This document shows, in pieces, positions 30,284 through 39,838 of a stretch of 60,813 nucleotides of DNA (position 1 is its first letter; every line of letters begins with the position of its first letter). Both the position numbers and the translations under genes were made by a program. The DNA comes from an uncultured Atribacterota bacterium (lineage in GTDB: Bacteria > Atribacterota > Phoenicimicrobiia > Phoenicimicrobiales > Stramentimicrobiaceae). The notes below the pieces were generated by a model. It searched no databases and was not told where the DNA came from. It saw nothing but the letters and a program-made list of their open reading frames with translations. The stretch spans positions 1 through 60,813 of the forward strand of contig CAZAJW010000234.1 of NCBI GenBank assembly GCA_964485485.1. Direction: 5' to 3'.

Positions 30284-31201
30284 TCAATCAAGTAGTGCTT
30301 CAATAAAGTTTTCCGGGTCATATTCTGTCAGATTATCGATTTTTTCCCCAAAAGTGATATATTCTACAGGGATATGAAGCTCTTTTTGAATAGTAAGGAC
30401 AATACCTCCCTTAGCCGTACCATCTAATTTCGTTAGTGCAAGATTACTAATATCTAGAGATTCCTTAAAATGCCTAGCCTGAATAAGTCCATTCTGACCA
30501 GTAGTAGCATCAATAACTAATATTGTTTTTAATAAAGCTTCCGGAGCTGTTTTTATAATTACTCTTTTTATTTTCTCTAATTCTTTCATTAAATTATGAT
30601 AAGTATGGAGTCTGCCAGCAGTATCAATAATTAATAACTCCTTTTTTTTCGCCATGGCTGATTGCAATCCGTCAAAAACTACTGAAGCTGAATCAGCTCC
30701 TTCTGAGGTTTTTAGGGTTTCAACCCCAGCTTCATTCGCTAATAATGTTAGCTGATTAATGGCACCCGCACGATAAGTATCAGCGGGTACTAATAAACAT
30801 TTCTTCCCTTTATTTTTAAAATAATTGGCTAATTTACCCGCAAAGGATGTTTTTCCGGTACCATTTACACCGACAACCATGATAATATTTAGAATATCAG
30901 GTTCTAGTTTAAGTGCTGGTCTTTGTTCAGGTATCATTTCAACTAATATATTTTTCAATTGAGTTTTAAAATGATTAAAGTCTTTTGTCTTAAACTGGTG
31001 CAAGTTAACTTCCTCAAATTTGCCTAAAATCTCACCTGTAGTCTTAGGTCCAATATCTGATAAGATTAATAGTTCTTCTATTTTTTCTAAAAAATCTATT
31101 TTATCCTTTACTGCATCGGTAAATAATAAATCATATTTATCAAGCAAGGTATTTCTTGTCTTTTTTAATCCTTTTTTTAATGAAGAAAATATATTATTAA
31201 T
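30284..31201 (-). CDS. ftsY: SRP receptor FtsY (short form, no A domain); start probably ATT
   Basis: NG domain motifs GVNGTGKTS, DTAGR and TKLDGTAKGG. The tracked ORF starts at TTG 31147, but the in-frame upstream codons encode INNIFSSLKKGLKKTRNT, the conserved FtsY N-terminus. The only start-like codon there is ATT at 31201, 7 nt after GGAG. Confidence 0.88.
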   Translation of the reverse strand: MNNIFSSLKKGLKKTRNTLLDKYDLLFTDAVKDKIDFLEKIEELLILSDIGPKTTGEILGKFEEVNLHQFKTKDFNHFKTQLKNILVEMIPEQRPALKLEPDILNIIMVVGVNGTGKTSFAGKLANYFKNKGKKCLLVPADTYRAGAINQLTLLANEAGVETLKTSEGADSASVVFDGLQSAMAKKKELLIIDTAGRLHTYHNLMKELEKIKRVIIKTAPEALLKTILVIDATTGQNGLIQARHFKESLDISNLALTKLDGTAKGGIVLTIQKELHIPVEYITFGEKIDNLTEYDPENFIEALLD

Positions 31202-31211
31202 TTTTTAACTC

Positions 31212-34200
31212 CTAAGAATCCAATATTTTTACAGACATTAGTTTTGATATACCGGAACCTTCCATTGTAATTCCGTAAAGAGCATCAGCTGATTCCATTA
31301 CACCCCTTTGATGAGTAATGATGATTATTTGGGCATCTTTTAGATCTTCATTTCTTAAAAAAGATGCTAGTCTTAAAGCATTTGCCTCATCCAATGCCGA
31401 ATCTATTTCATCAAAAAAACAAAATGGACTAGGATTAGCTTTCCAAAGTGCAAATAAAAGAGCTATGGCTGTTAATGATCTTTCTCCTGTTGACAATAAA
31501 GAAATATTTTGCAACTTTTTACCGGGAGGTTGAGCCATTACTTCAATACCCGTCTCTAATAATTTTTTTTCATTGGTTAATTCTAGGGATACTTGTCCAC
31601 CGATAAATAATTTTTGAAATATTTCTTTAAAATTACTTTCAACTTTTAAAAAAGTTTGATAAAAATGTTCTTCAGCAATTCGGTCAATTCGGTTAATTAG
31701 ATTAAGTAATTTTTCTTTAGATTTTATAATTTCCTCTTTTTTTCTTTGAAGATCATGGTATCTGTCTGATTGATTTTGATATTCTTGTAGTGCATCAAAA
31801 TTTATTTGTCCCATTGATGAAATGTTCTCTTTGTATTTTGAGATTTTTGCATAAGCCTCCTTTTGACTATTAACTACATTTTTATGTAATAAAATTTCAT
31901 CTATAGAGGAATTATATTGATTTTTAATTGTATTTAACAAATGGTTTGTTTTTTCTTGATTCTGTACTTTGTTCATCTCAACTTCATGATATTTATTCTT
32001 TTTTTCTTCTAATTTGTCTTGATTTGTTTCTATATTTTCATGGGTTTTTTTTAATATATTTTCCTGTTCCTTTGTAGATTCTTTAAATTCTATTCGGTCA
32101 TTATCTAACAATTTTCTATGTTGCATTATTTCATTTAATTTTTTCTCTAGTATAGATTGCTGTTCCAATAGCTGATTTTTTTCATTTTTATATTGGTTTA
32201 TCTTGATCTGTCTTTGGTTTTCTTCCAAATTATAAGTCTGAATGAAATGATTCATTTCTTCTGTTCTCTTTTGCATAAGAGCTTTTCTTTCTTCATTCCA
32301 ATTGATTTTCATCTTATCATTTTCAAGTTCTTTTTTAAGCCAATCTATATTTTTAAGGCAAAGATTTTTTATTTTTAGGGCATATTGATAGAAAGATTGA
32401 AAAGAATCTATATATTTTTCAACTTTATTAATACTTGATTTAGATAATTCAATACTTTTTATTAAACTTTGTATTCTTTTTTCTTCTGATTTTTTCTTAA
32501 AAATCAAAGATTTTATCTGGTTTTCCAATCCGGAAATTGTCTTATTTATTTCTATAGAAATATTGTTTTCTTGACTTAGTTTATGTTCATATTTTTTGAG
32601 TTGTTGATCCAGTTGTTCTGTCTTCCTGGTTAATTCCTTGTTATCATTTTTGGAATTATCAAAAACTCCCTGGTGTTCTATTTTCTCTTTATTTATAAAA
32701 TGAATTTCTTTTTTGAGTTGCTCAATTTTTTCTTCTGGTAAAAGATTATTGATAGTTTCTTTATTTTCAGAAAAAATATTTAACATAATCAAACCGCTCA
32801 TATCAATTACCATACCATCCAAAGAGGCAATTGCCCATTGGCCTTTTAATTTTTTATATAGATTAAAAGCACTTCCCATATCTTCAACGATTAAGACTTG
32901 TCCTAACAATATTTCAAATAAATTATTGAATTCAGATGGATAATTAACTAGTTTATTAGCAACCCCGAGCACCTTCTCTTGACTTAAGTATTGATTAATA
33001 TTTTCATTTTTTGCTTTTAAATCTATATTTTCTAAAATATCATTAGAAATTAGTCTAATTTTTCCCAATTTGTTTACTTTTAAAAACTGGTCTATATCAG
33101 AAATTATATCTGAATGACTAACCATTATAATCTTTAATTTATTATTTAAAATGAAATGTATTAGATGTTTGAGATTATTTGGAATATATCGAATGATTTC
33201 ATAAACTTCTTGCAATAATTTAATATCTTTAAAACTGTTTTTTTTAAAGATATCTTCATTAATTTCTGTTTTTTTATATGGATTATTTTTTGTCACTTCT
33301 AATAGGAAATCTTTTTCTTTATTTTTTAGAATAATATCATTATTAAGTTTGCGAATTATGTTGTATTCTTGATCAATAACTAGTTTATTATCATTTAATG
33401 TTTTTGCTATTTTATTTTTTTCTTTTTGCAGTCGAACTAGTTCATTTTCATAGTAAGTTATATTTTTTTCTATGCTGCGAAACCTCTTTTTGTTGTCTAT
33501 TAATTTATCATTTATTAAAATAATATCTTTTTCAGTTGTTAAAAGAGAAGATTCCAGGGATTTCATTATTGTTTCTTCTTTTATTTTTTCTTCTCTGTAT
33601 TTGTGGATATATTTATTGGCAAAAGTTTTATTATTATCTTCAATATCAGAAACTATTTTGCTATAGCAAGTAAATACATCATCATATTTTTTTAACAGTA
33701 AATTATTCTCAGCATAATTTTTAGTAATTATTTTATAATTGGATTCCGTTTCTTGTATATCTTTTTCTATATCAGATATGGTATCTTTAAATTTTATAAA
33801 TTGCTTATTAGCGTTATCAGTATCTTCGTATATACTACTTATCCGTTGACTTATTTCTGATTTTTTCTGTTTTAATACAATTAGTTGATTATTATAATTA
33901 ATATTTTCTTTTTCATTTTCCTGAAAACATTTTTCGGTATCATTTAACTTTTTTTCCAGATATTCTTTCTTCTCTTCTATTTGTACTATTTTTCTCTTAT
34001 TTTCTTTTATTAAGTTTTCAATTTTAACTATTTCATGATTTAAATCAGCTAATTTTTTATCATATTTTATTGAATTTTTTTCATATAACATATACTGTTG
34101 GCTTAAAAGATAGAATTCTAATTTTTTAATATAATCACGATAGGATTGATATGCTTTTAAATCATTCGCCTTTTTTTTGTAGTAAGAGAGGTTTTCATTA

Positions 34201-34793
34201 ACTTCTAATAAAATATCATTAATTCTTAGAAGGTTATTTTTTACTAGATCAAGCTTTTTAATAGCAGATTCTTTCTTATTATTATAGCTGGAAATATTGG
34301 CTGCTTCCTCAAATAAAATTCTTCTTTCCGAAGGCTTTGAATTAAGAACAAAATCTACTTTTCCCTGGGCTATAATGGAATAAGAGTTTTTTCCTAAACC
34401 AGTTCCATAGAAAAGTTCGTGAATGTCTTTTAATTTACTAGGCAATCCATTAATATAGTTTTCAGTAGTACCGGATCGGTAAATAACTCTTCTCAATTCA
34501 ACTTGTTCAGTATCAATGGGTAATTTCCGATCGACATTATCAAATAAAATAGATACTTCAGCAAGATTGCGCATTTTTTGATATTTGTTACCGGAAAAAA
34601 TCATATCTGTTAAATTCTTGCCTCTCAGTGAACGTATATTTTGTTCACCAAGAATCCACCTTACAGCGTCAGTTATATTACTCTTTCCACAGCCATTTGG
34701 TCCAACTATAACTGTAATGCCTGGCGTAATAGTTAATTTTATCTTATTTGCAAATGATTTGAAACCCTTGATTTCAATTTCTTTTAAATACAA
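31212..34793 (-). CDS. smc: Chromosome partition protein Smc
   Basis: 1193 aa with Walker A GPNGCGKSN, long coiled coils and a hinge, signature LSTGERSLTA and Walker B FCFFDEIDSALD. Confidence 0.96.
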   Translation of the reverse strand: MYLKEIEIKGFKSFANKIKLTITPGITVIVGPNGCGKSNITDAVRWILGEQNIRSLRGKNLTDMIFSGNKYQKMRNLAEVSILFDNVDRKLPIDTEQVELRRVIYRSGTTENYINGLPSKLKDIHELFYGTGLGKNSYSIIAQGKVDFVLNSKPSERRILFEEAANISSYNNKKESAIKKLDLVKNNLLRINDILLEVNENLSYYKKKANDLKAYQSYRDYIKKLEFYLLSQQYMLYEKNSIKYDKKLADLNHEIVKIENLIKENKRKIVQIEEKKEYLEKKLNDTEKCFQENEKENINYNNQLIVLKQKKSEISQRISSIYEDTDNANKQFIKFKDTISDIEKDIQETESNYKIITKNYAENNLLLKKYDDVFTCYSKIVSDIEDNNKTFANKYIHKYREEKIKEETIMKSLESSLLTTEKDIILINDKLIDNKKRFRSIEKNITYYENELVRLQKEKNKIAKTLNDNKLVIDQEYNIIRKLNNDIILKNKEKDFLLEVTKNNPYKKTEINEDIFKKNSFKDIKLLQEVYEIIRYIPNNLKHLIHFILNNKLKIIMVSHSDIISDIDQFLKVNKLGKIRLISNDILENIDLKAKNENINQYLSQEKVLGVANKLVNYPSEFNNLFEILLGQVLIVEDMGSAFNLYKKLKGQWAIASLDGMVIDMSGLIMLNIFSENKETINNLLPEEKIEQLKKEIHFINKEKIEHQGVFDNSKNDNKELTRKTEQLDQQLKKYEHKLSQENNISIEINKTISGLENQIKSLIFKKKSEEKRIQSLIKSIELSKSSINKVEKYIDSFQSFYQYALKIKNLCLKNIDWLKKELENDKMKINWNEERKALMQKRTEEMNHFIQTYNLEENQRQIKINQYKNEKNQLLEQQSILEKKLNEIMQHRKLLDNDRIEFKESTKEQENILKKTHENIETNQDKLEEKKNKYHEVEMNKVQNQEKTNHLLNTIKNQYNSSIDEILLHKNVVNSQKEAYAKISKYKENISSMGQINFDALQEYQNQSDRYHDLQRKKEEIIKSKEKLLNLINRIDRIAEEHFYQTFLKVESNFKEIFQKLFIGGQVSLELTNEKKLLETGIEVMAQPPGKKLQNISLLSTGERSLTAIALLFALWKANPSPFCFFDEIDSALDEANALRLASFLRNEDLKDAQIIIITHQRGVMESADALYGITMEGSGISKLMSVKILDS

Positions 34794-34806
34794 TTAAATG
34801 CCTTTC

Positions 34807-35529
34807 TTAAATAGCCTTCATCTTTTTTAAAGCTTGATAAGCAGCATCTTGTTCGGCCTCTTTTTTACTTTTACCAATACCTTTGCCAAAAATATTATTA
34901 TCTATAACCACAGTAATATAAAATTTCTTTTGGTGATCAAGCCCTTCTTCTTTTAAGACTTTATAGTATGGTAGGCAATTAAGGTTTTTTTGGGTTATTT
35001 CCTGCAAAAAAGTTTTGTAATTTCTGATAACACGCTCATCTAAAAACATATCCATTTGCTCATTATTAATGAAATTAATAATTATTTTTTTGCATGGTTT
35101 CAAACCACCATCCAAGTAAATTGCCCCAAGGCATGATTCCATACAATCAGCCAAAATAGAAAATTTCCCTCTTCCTCTTGACAGGTCAACGCTCTTTCCA
35201 AGAATAATATGTTTCTCAAGCATGATATTGTCGGCAAGCTTGACCAAAAATGCCTGACTAATGATTACAGATTTTAATTTAGATAACTTGCCTTCTGAGA
35301 AAAAAGGAAATTTCTTATATAATAATTCACTTACGGATAAATTTAAAACTGAATCACCGAGAAATTCTAGTCTCTGAAAGTGATTGATTTCATTTTTTTC
35401 TTTTTGGTTAAAGTATGAAGTGTGCGTTAGGGCTTTTTCTAAAAGTTTACGATCCTTAAACTTATATCCTAATTTTGTTTCTAGATTGGTTAAATTTATA
35501 TTACTTAGCCCCCTTCTGCACACATTCAT
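34807..35529 (-). CDS. rnc: Ribonuclease III
   Basis: 240 aa with the QRLEFLGDSVL catalytic signature and a C-terminal dsRBD. Confidence 0.95.
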   Translation of the reverse strand: MNVCRRGLSNINLTNLETKLGYKFKDRKLLEKALTHTSYFNQKEKNEINHFQRLEFLGDSVLNLSVSELLYKKFPFFSEGKLSKLKSVIISQAFLVKLADNIMLEKHIILGKSVDLSRGRGKFSILADCMESCLGAIYLDGGLKPCKKIIINFINNEQMDMFLDERVIRNYKTFLQEITQKNLNCLPYYKVLKEEGLDHQKKFYITVVIDNNIFGKGIGKSKKEAEQDAAYQALKKMKAI

Positions 35530-35559
35530 TTTTAGGTAAACAGAAAAAACTGTTTTAAT

Positions 35560-35790
35560 CTATTGTCTGTTCTCTAAATAGCGAATTACATCTCCCACAA
35601 ATTTGATTTTTTCAGCATCTTCATCAGATATTTCAATATCAAATTCTTCTTCAAAGGCCATAATCAGTTCAACAATATCTAAAGAATCAGCTCCTAGATC
35701 ATCAATAAATGAAGAATCTTCCTTTACTTTATCTTCTTCAACACCTAACTGATCAACAATAATTTTTTTTACTTTCTCCATTACTTCCAT
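35560..35790 (-). CDS. acpP: Acyl carrier protein
   Basis: 76 aa with the phosphopantetheine site [11 protein letters not shown]. Confidence 0.96.
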   Translation of the reverse strand: MEVMEKVKKIIVDQLGVEEDKVKEDSSFIDDLGADSLDIVELIMAFEEEFDIEISDEDAEKIKFVGDVIRYLENRQ

Positions 35791-35835
35791 CTTAAAAACT
35801 CCTTATTTCTATAAATTTATTATGGTAAAAATTTC

Positions 35836-36393
35836 TTAATCCAATGAAACCATGATTAATTTTGCGGTAAACACTTCAACACTATCACATTTTATATGTA
35901 TAGAAACCAAATATTTATTGCTTTTTATAGTAGCGATCCTTGCTTTGGCTACTAAGAGTTGACCTGCATAAACTGGGTTCTTATATCTTAAGCGGGCAAC
36001 TCCAGTTAAAACAACGTCAGCATCGATAATTGCCATGGCTAATGAATCAGCAAGAGAAAAAATGTAATGACTTCTTACTAGTTTATTCTTATCAAAGGCC
36101 ATATCTTTAGTAGCGCGCATAGTGGAAATGCCACTTTTACCTAATTCAATATCAATTAAATCTCCGATGATATCGTTTTTATTTAATGCCTTTACTTTTG
36201 ATGACGCTTTTTGGGCAAGCACTATTACCCTTTTTCGCATCTCGGGTATTCCCATTTCTAATCTATCTAATCTAATTGTCTGAATACTCACCCTGAACAT
36301 TTTTGATAACTGTTCATCTGATAAAAAAGGGTTATTAGATATTTTTTCTCTTATTTTTTCCTGTCTTTTTTCTTTGGCCATATTTTTTAGCAT
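35836..36393 (-). CDS. fapR: Fatty acid/phospholipid synthesis transcriptional repressor FapR
   Basis: 185 aa. It has an N-terminal HTH (FRVSIQTIRLDRLEMGIPE, near-identical to my recollection of Bacillus FapR) and a hot-dog thioesterase-like C-domain. The start could be M1 or M5. Confidence 0.88.
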   Translation of the reverse strand: MLKNMAKEKRQEKIREKISNNPFLSDEQLSKMFRVSIQTIRLDRLEMGIPEMRKRVIVLAQKASSKVKALNKNDIIGDLIDIELGKSGISTMRATKDMAFDKNKLVRSHYIFSLADSLAMAIIDADVVLTGVARLRYKNPVYAGQLLVAKARIATIKSNKYLVSIHIKCDSVEVFTAKLIMVSLD

Positions 36394-36410
36394 TGAATTA
36401 AAATTATATT

Positions 36411-36427
36411 TTAAGAGTACCTATTAA
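36411..36427 (-). promoter_or_regulatory. Candidate FapR operator (imperfect inverted repeat around GTAC)
   Basis: The minus strand reads TTAATAGGTACTCTTAA, 18 nt upstream of the fapR ORF start and just downstream of TATA-rich -10-like sequence. It resembles the Bacillus FapR box as I recall it (TTAGTACC..GGTACTAA type), which I cannot verify here. Confidence 0.2.
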
Positions 36428-36604
36428 TAGTTGTTACTACTATTCACTGCTAGTATATATAATATATTTAATGAAATCAAGTAGTATATTTATAATTTTT
36501 TTTTGCCTTAATTTTATATTTATTTTAATAATGTTAAGTTTTTTAATTGATAAAAAGCTAAAAAAATATTTTTTTTAATATGATTTATAATATTCAAATA
36601 TAAC

Positions 36605-36797
36605 AAATATCGCACCCGTTTAGCGGGTGGTTTAAAAAACCCTAGAAGAGGTTTAGTTTTTTGCTACTTTTTAGCTATTTTTCTTTCGATTTTTTATTTA
36701 TGCTTAAGCTATAATATTTCTAAGCAATATAACTTCCAACTTTGGGCTTCAGGTGAAAAATTACCATCTAGCTTACCTTAATATTTTTATGGTAAAA
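36605..36797 (+). repeat. Mosaic intergenic repeat (A + B + C + D, no E)
   Basis: This is the best-preserved A-D copy. It begins AAATATCGCACCCGtttagCGGGTGG...CCCTAGAAGAGGTTTAGTTTTTT. It continues ...CTTTCGATTTTTTATTTATGCTTAAGCTATAATATTTCTAAGCAATATAACTTCCAACTTTGGGCTTCAGGTGAAAAATTACCATCTAGCTTACCTTAATATTTTTATGGTAAAA. Confidence 0.9.
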
Positions 36798-36813
36798 ACA
36801 TTTTAACAAAGTT

Positions 36814-36841
36814 ATAGAGTGTCAGAATATTGACACTCTAT
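36814..36841 (-). terminator. Candidate intrinsic terminator downstream of rpmF
   Basis: Perfect 11-bp stem ATAGAGTGTCA / TGACACTCTAT with a 6-nt loop, about 68 nt after the rpmF stop. The minus-strand tail is only moderately T-rich. Confidence 0.45.
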
Positions 36842-36908
36842 TCAATACTAATTGTTATATAAAATTATATTCATAAATTATAAATAAGGAAATTGTAATA
36901 GCTAAAGT

Positions 36909-37109
36909 TTATTTTGCTTTTGCTTCAGAAACATTCTTTTCTTCTACAATTTTTTCTCCATTATAATAACCGCAAGAGGGGCAAACATGATGGGAAAGTT
37001 TAAATTCATGACATCTGGGACATTCTATTAGGTTAATTGACTTTTCTACCCAATGAGTTCTTCGTTTATTTTTCCTGGATTTTGATATTTTTCTTTTCGG
37101 GCAAGCCAC
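36909..37109 (-). CDS. rpmF: 50S ribosomal protein L32 (zinc-ribbon form)
   Basis: 66 aa starting (GTG)ACPKRKISKSRKNKRR, with CPRC...CPSC. SD AAGGAGG lies upstream of the GTG start. Confidence 0.95.
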   Translation of the reverse strand: MACPKRKISKSRKNKRRTHWVEKSINLIECPRCHEFKLSHHVCPSCGYYNGEKIVEEKNVSEAKAK

Positions 37110-37165
37110 TTTTCTTCCTCCTTTTAGAGCATTATAGTTGTTATGTTAATTAGTTACGATTAAGT

Positions 37166-37194
37166 ATTATATTAAATAAATATGTTTTTTGCAA
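37166..37194 (-). promoter_or_regulatory. Candidate SigA-type promoter of rpmF
   Basis: The minus strand reads TTGCAA, a 17-nt spacer (aaaacatatttatttaa), then TATAAT, about 55 nt upstream of the rpmF GTG start. Confidence 0.5.
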
Positions 37195-37266
37195 ATATAT
37201 ATTTATATTAGTTAAATTATGTATAATATTTTAAGCTATAATAATAATATAAGGCGCAATTCATTA

Positions 37267-38268
37267 TTAAATTCCCTGGGCTTGCAGAGCTGTGATCGCA
37301 ACTACATCTGCAATTTCTTCAGCAGTACAGCCTCTGGACAAGTCATTTACCGGTTTACGCATTCCTTGTGAAATAGGTCCTATTGCCTCGGCTTTTGCAA
37401 GCCTTTGTACTAATTTGTAGGCAATATTAGCAGCTTGCAAGTCTGGGAATATAAGTACATTTGCTTCTCCTGCTATCTTGCTATCAGGGGCTTTCCTTTT
37501 TCCTATTTCGGGAATCAATGCCGCATCTGCCTGAAGTTCTCCATCTATTTTTAAATCAGGCGCTTTTTTTCTGACAATATCGGTAGCCTGTATAACCTTG
37601 TCTACCAAAGGATGTTTGGCACTACCTTTGGTAGAAAATGAAAGCATGGCAATTTTTGGTTCGACACCTATTAATGCTTTCGCAGTATTTGCGCTGGCAA
37701 TAGCAATATCAGCCAATTCTTCAGCATTAGGATCAGGGAATAAAGCACAATCGGCAAACAATATTGCACCGTTCTCACCGTATGAACAATCAGGAACAAT
37801 CAGAATAAAAGAACTCGAAACAATTTTAACATTACTGGATGTTTTAATTGTTTGTAAGGCAGGTCTAAAAACATCACCGGTTGCGTTGATTGAGCCTGCT
37901 ACTAATCCATCTGCATCATTTTGATAAACCATTAAGGCTCCATAATAGAGTGGATTTTTTAGTAATTCTCTTGCTTCATTCTGGGAAATTCCTTTATTCT
38001 TTCTTAAATTGTAATATATTTCAGCATAGGCTTCCAGATTAATAGAATTTTCTGGATCAATAATTTCAATTTTCTCTGGAAAATTTACATTATGTTTTTT
38101 TGCAACTTCTTTTATTTTATCTTCCTTTCCCAAGAAAACAAGTTTTGCAAATCCTTCTCGATAAATAATCTGTGCAGCCTCAATCATTCTGGGTTCTTCT
38201 CCTTCAGGCAAGACAATTTTCTTGATGTTTTCTTTTGCCTTTTCTCTGATATTTTCTGAAATACTCAT
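37267..38268 (-). CDS. pta: Phosphate acetyltransferase (short, PTA_PTB-only form)
   Basis: 333 aa with [15 protein letters not shown]..., SxxxG motifs and full-length Pta similarity. A butyryl-specific variant cannot be excluded. Confidence 0.88.
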   Translation of the reverse strand: MSISENIREKAKENIKKIVLPEGEEPRMIEAAQIIYREGFAKLVFLGKEDKIKEVAKKHNVNFPEKIEIIDPENSINLEAYAEIYYNLRKNKGISQNEARELLKNPLYYGALMVYQNDADGLVAGSINATGDVFRPALQTIKTSSNVKIVSSSFILIVPDCSYGENGAILFADCALFPDPNAEELADIAIASANTAKALIGVEPKIAMLSFSTKGSAKHPLVDKVIQATDIVRKKAPDLKIDGELQADAALIPEIGKRKAPDSKIAGEANVLIFPDLQAANIAYKLVQRLAKAEAIGPISQGMRKPVNDLSRGCTAEEIADVVAITALQAQGI

Positions 38269-38364
38269 ATCGGCTTAATTCTCCCTCCTAAATAATTCTT
38301 TTAATAATTTAGTAATATTGATGTATAATTATAGCATAAAAAATACTATTTATCGAGGAAAGAC

Positions 38365-39660
38365 ATGGAAACATTAGGCATTATTGCTGAATATAATCCT
38401 TTTCATAATGGACATCTATATCATTTGCAAAAATCAAAAGAGATAACCGGGGCTAAGCATAGTATTGCTATAATAAGCGGGAATTTTCTTCAAAGGGGAG
38501 AGCCGGCTATTTTAGACAAATGGACTCGTACTATAATGGCTTTAAAAGCTGGGATTGATCTTGTTATTGAGATTCCATTTGTTTTTGCAAGCCAAGATGC
38601 CCGTGGATTTGCTCATGCCGGTATTCAACTTTTGAATTATTTGGGTATTGTAGATTGTGTTTCTTTTGGTTGTGAGGAAAGCCAAATAGCATGTTTAAAT
38701 GAATTAGTAGAGTTGTTAAAAAAAGAACCACTCTATTTCCAAAAAATACTAAAGGAAGAGGTAAAAAAAGGTGAAAATTACCCAAAAATACGGGAGAAGG
38801 CAATAGTAAAATATTATAAGAAGTTTGGAACTAAATTTAAAAACAATTCAATAGAGAAATTGAAAGAACTATTAAAACAACCAAATAATGTTTTGGCTTT
38901 AGAATATATGATATCTTTAAAAAATACAAATAGCTCTATTAAGCCATTTCCAATCAATCGTATCGGTTCAAACTATTTACAGGATAAATTAGAAGGGAAA
39001 TATTCCAGTGCTACTGCAATAAGAGAAAGAATATTTAAAAATATTTTTAATAATAACCCTATTCCTTTAGAAGGATTAAGCCCATCTATGCCTGTTTCTT
39101 CATATCAAATAATTCTAGATGAACTAAAAAAAGGCATTAATCCTATTACAATATCATGTTTTGAACAGGGAATTTTTAGCCAATTAAGAAGAATGCCAAT
39201 TGAAGAAATCAAAGAATTGCATGGTATTCAAGAAGGATTAGAAAATAGGCTAAAAGAAAGTGCAATATCATCTTTTAACATTGAAAATTTAATACAAAAA
39301 ACTAAAAGTAAACGCTATACCAGGACCAGAATACAAAGGATATTAGTTCATAGTTTATTTAATTTGAAACATAAAGAGATTGTGGCTTTTAACAATAAAG
39401 GTCCTCTCTATTGTCGGGTTCTCGGCATGACAGAAAACGGCAAAATGTTACTTAAAAGAATTAAATCGAAATCAAAATTGCCTATTATTATTAAATTAAA
39501 TAATTTTTACCAACAAAATAAATTTAGTGGAGATGTGATAGTACAAAAAATGTTAAATTACGATATATTGGCTACCAACCTATATGTATTAGGGTATAAA
39601 CTTAAAATGGCCAGAGTAGGAGCCCAGGATTATACCAGGAAAATTATAATTTTACCATGA
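38365..39660 (+). CDS. tmcAL: tRNA(Met) cytidine acetate ligase TmcAL (YlbM/UPF0348 nucleotidyltransferase)
   Basis: 431 aa with the N-terminal GIIAEYNPFHNGHLYHL HIGH-like motif. It neighbours coaD/rsmD as ylbM does in Bacillus. The TGA stop shows the standard code is in use. Confidence 0.85.
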   Translation: METLGIIAEYNPFHNGHLYHLQKSKEITGAKHSIAIISGNFLQRGEPAILDKWTRTIMALKAGIDLVIEIPFVFASQDARGFAHAGIQLLNYLGIVDCVSFGCEESQIACLNELVELLKKEPLYFQKILKEEVKKGENYPKIREKAIVKYYKKFGTKFKNNSIEKLKELLKQPNNVLALEYMISLKNTNSSIKPFPINRIGSNYLQDKLEGKYSSATAIRERIFKNIFNNNPIPLEGLSPSMPVSSYQIILDELKKGINPITISCFEQGIFSQLRRMPIEEIKELHGIQEGLENRLKESAISSFNIENLIQKTKSKRYTRTRIQRILVHSLFNLKHKEIVAFNNKGPLYCRVLGMTENGKMLLKRIKSKSKLPIIIKLNNFYQQNKFSGDVIVQKMLNYDILATNLYVLGYKLKMARVGAQDYTRKIIILP

Positions 39661-39838
39661 TAAAGATGAAGAGAAGCTATCTGACAATTTTTCACCCGAA
39701 GGCCAAAACTAGCAGTTAAATTGCTTAGAATTATTCAGTTATAATATAAGAAAAAAGCCGAACAAAAAAAGTAACTAAGAAAAAGTTGAACCCCTTTTAG
39801 GGACTCTTAAAGCAACCTGCTTAGCGGGTACGATATTT
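39650..39838 (-). repeat. Mosaic intergenic repeat, inverted copy (D-C-B-A as read on the plus strand)
   Basis: The plus strand reads TTTTACCATGATAAAGATGAAGAGAAGCTATCTGACAATTTTTCACCCGAAGGCCAAAACTAGCAG...CCCCTTTTAGGGAC...AACCTGCTTAGCGGGTACGATATTT. It fills the whole spacer between the convergent genes tmcAL and coaD and overlaps both stop codons. Confidence 0.88.
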
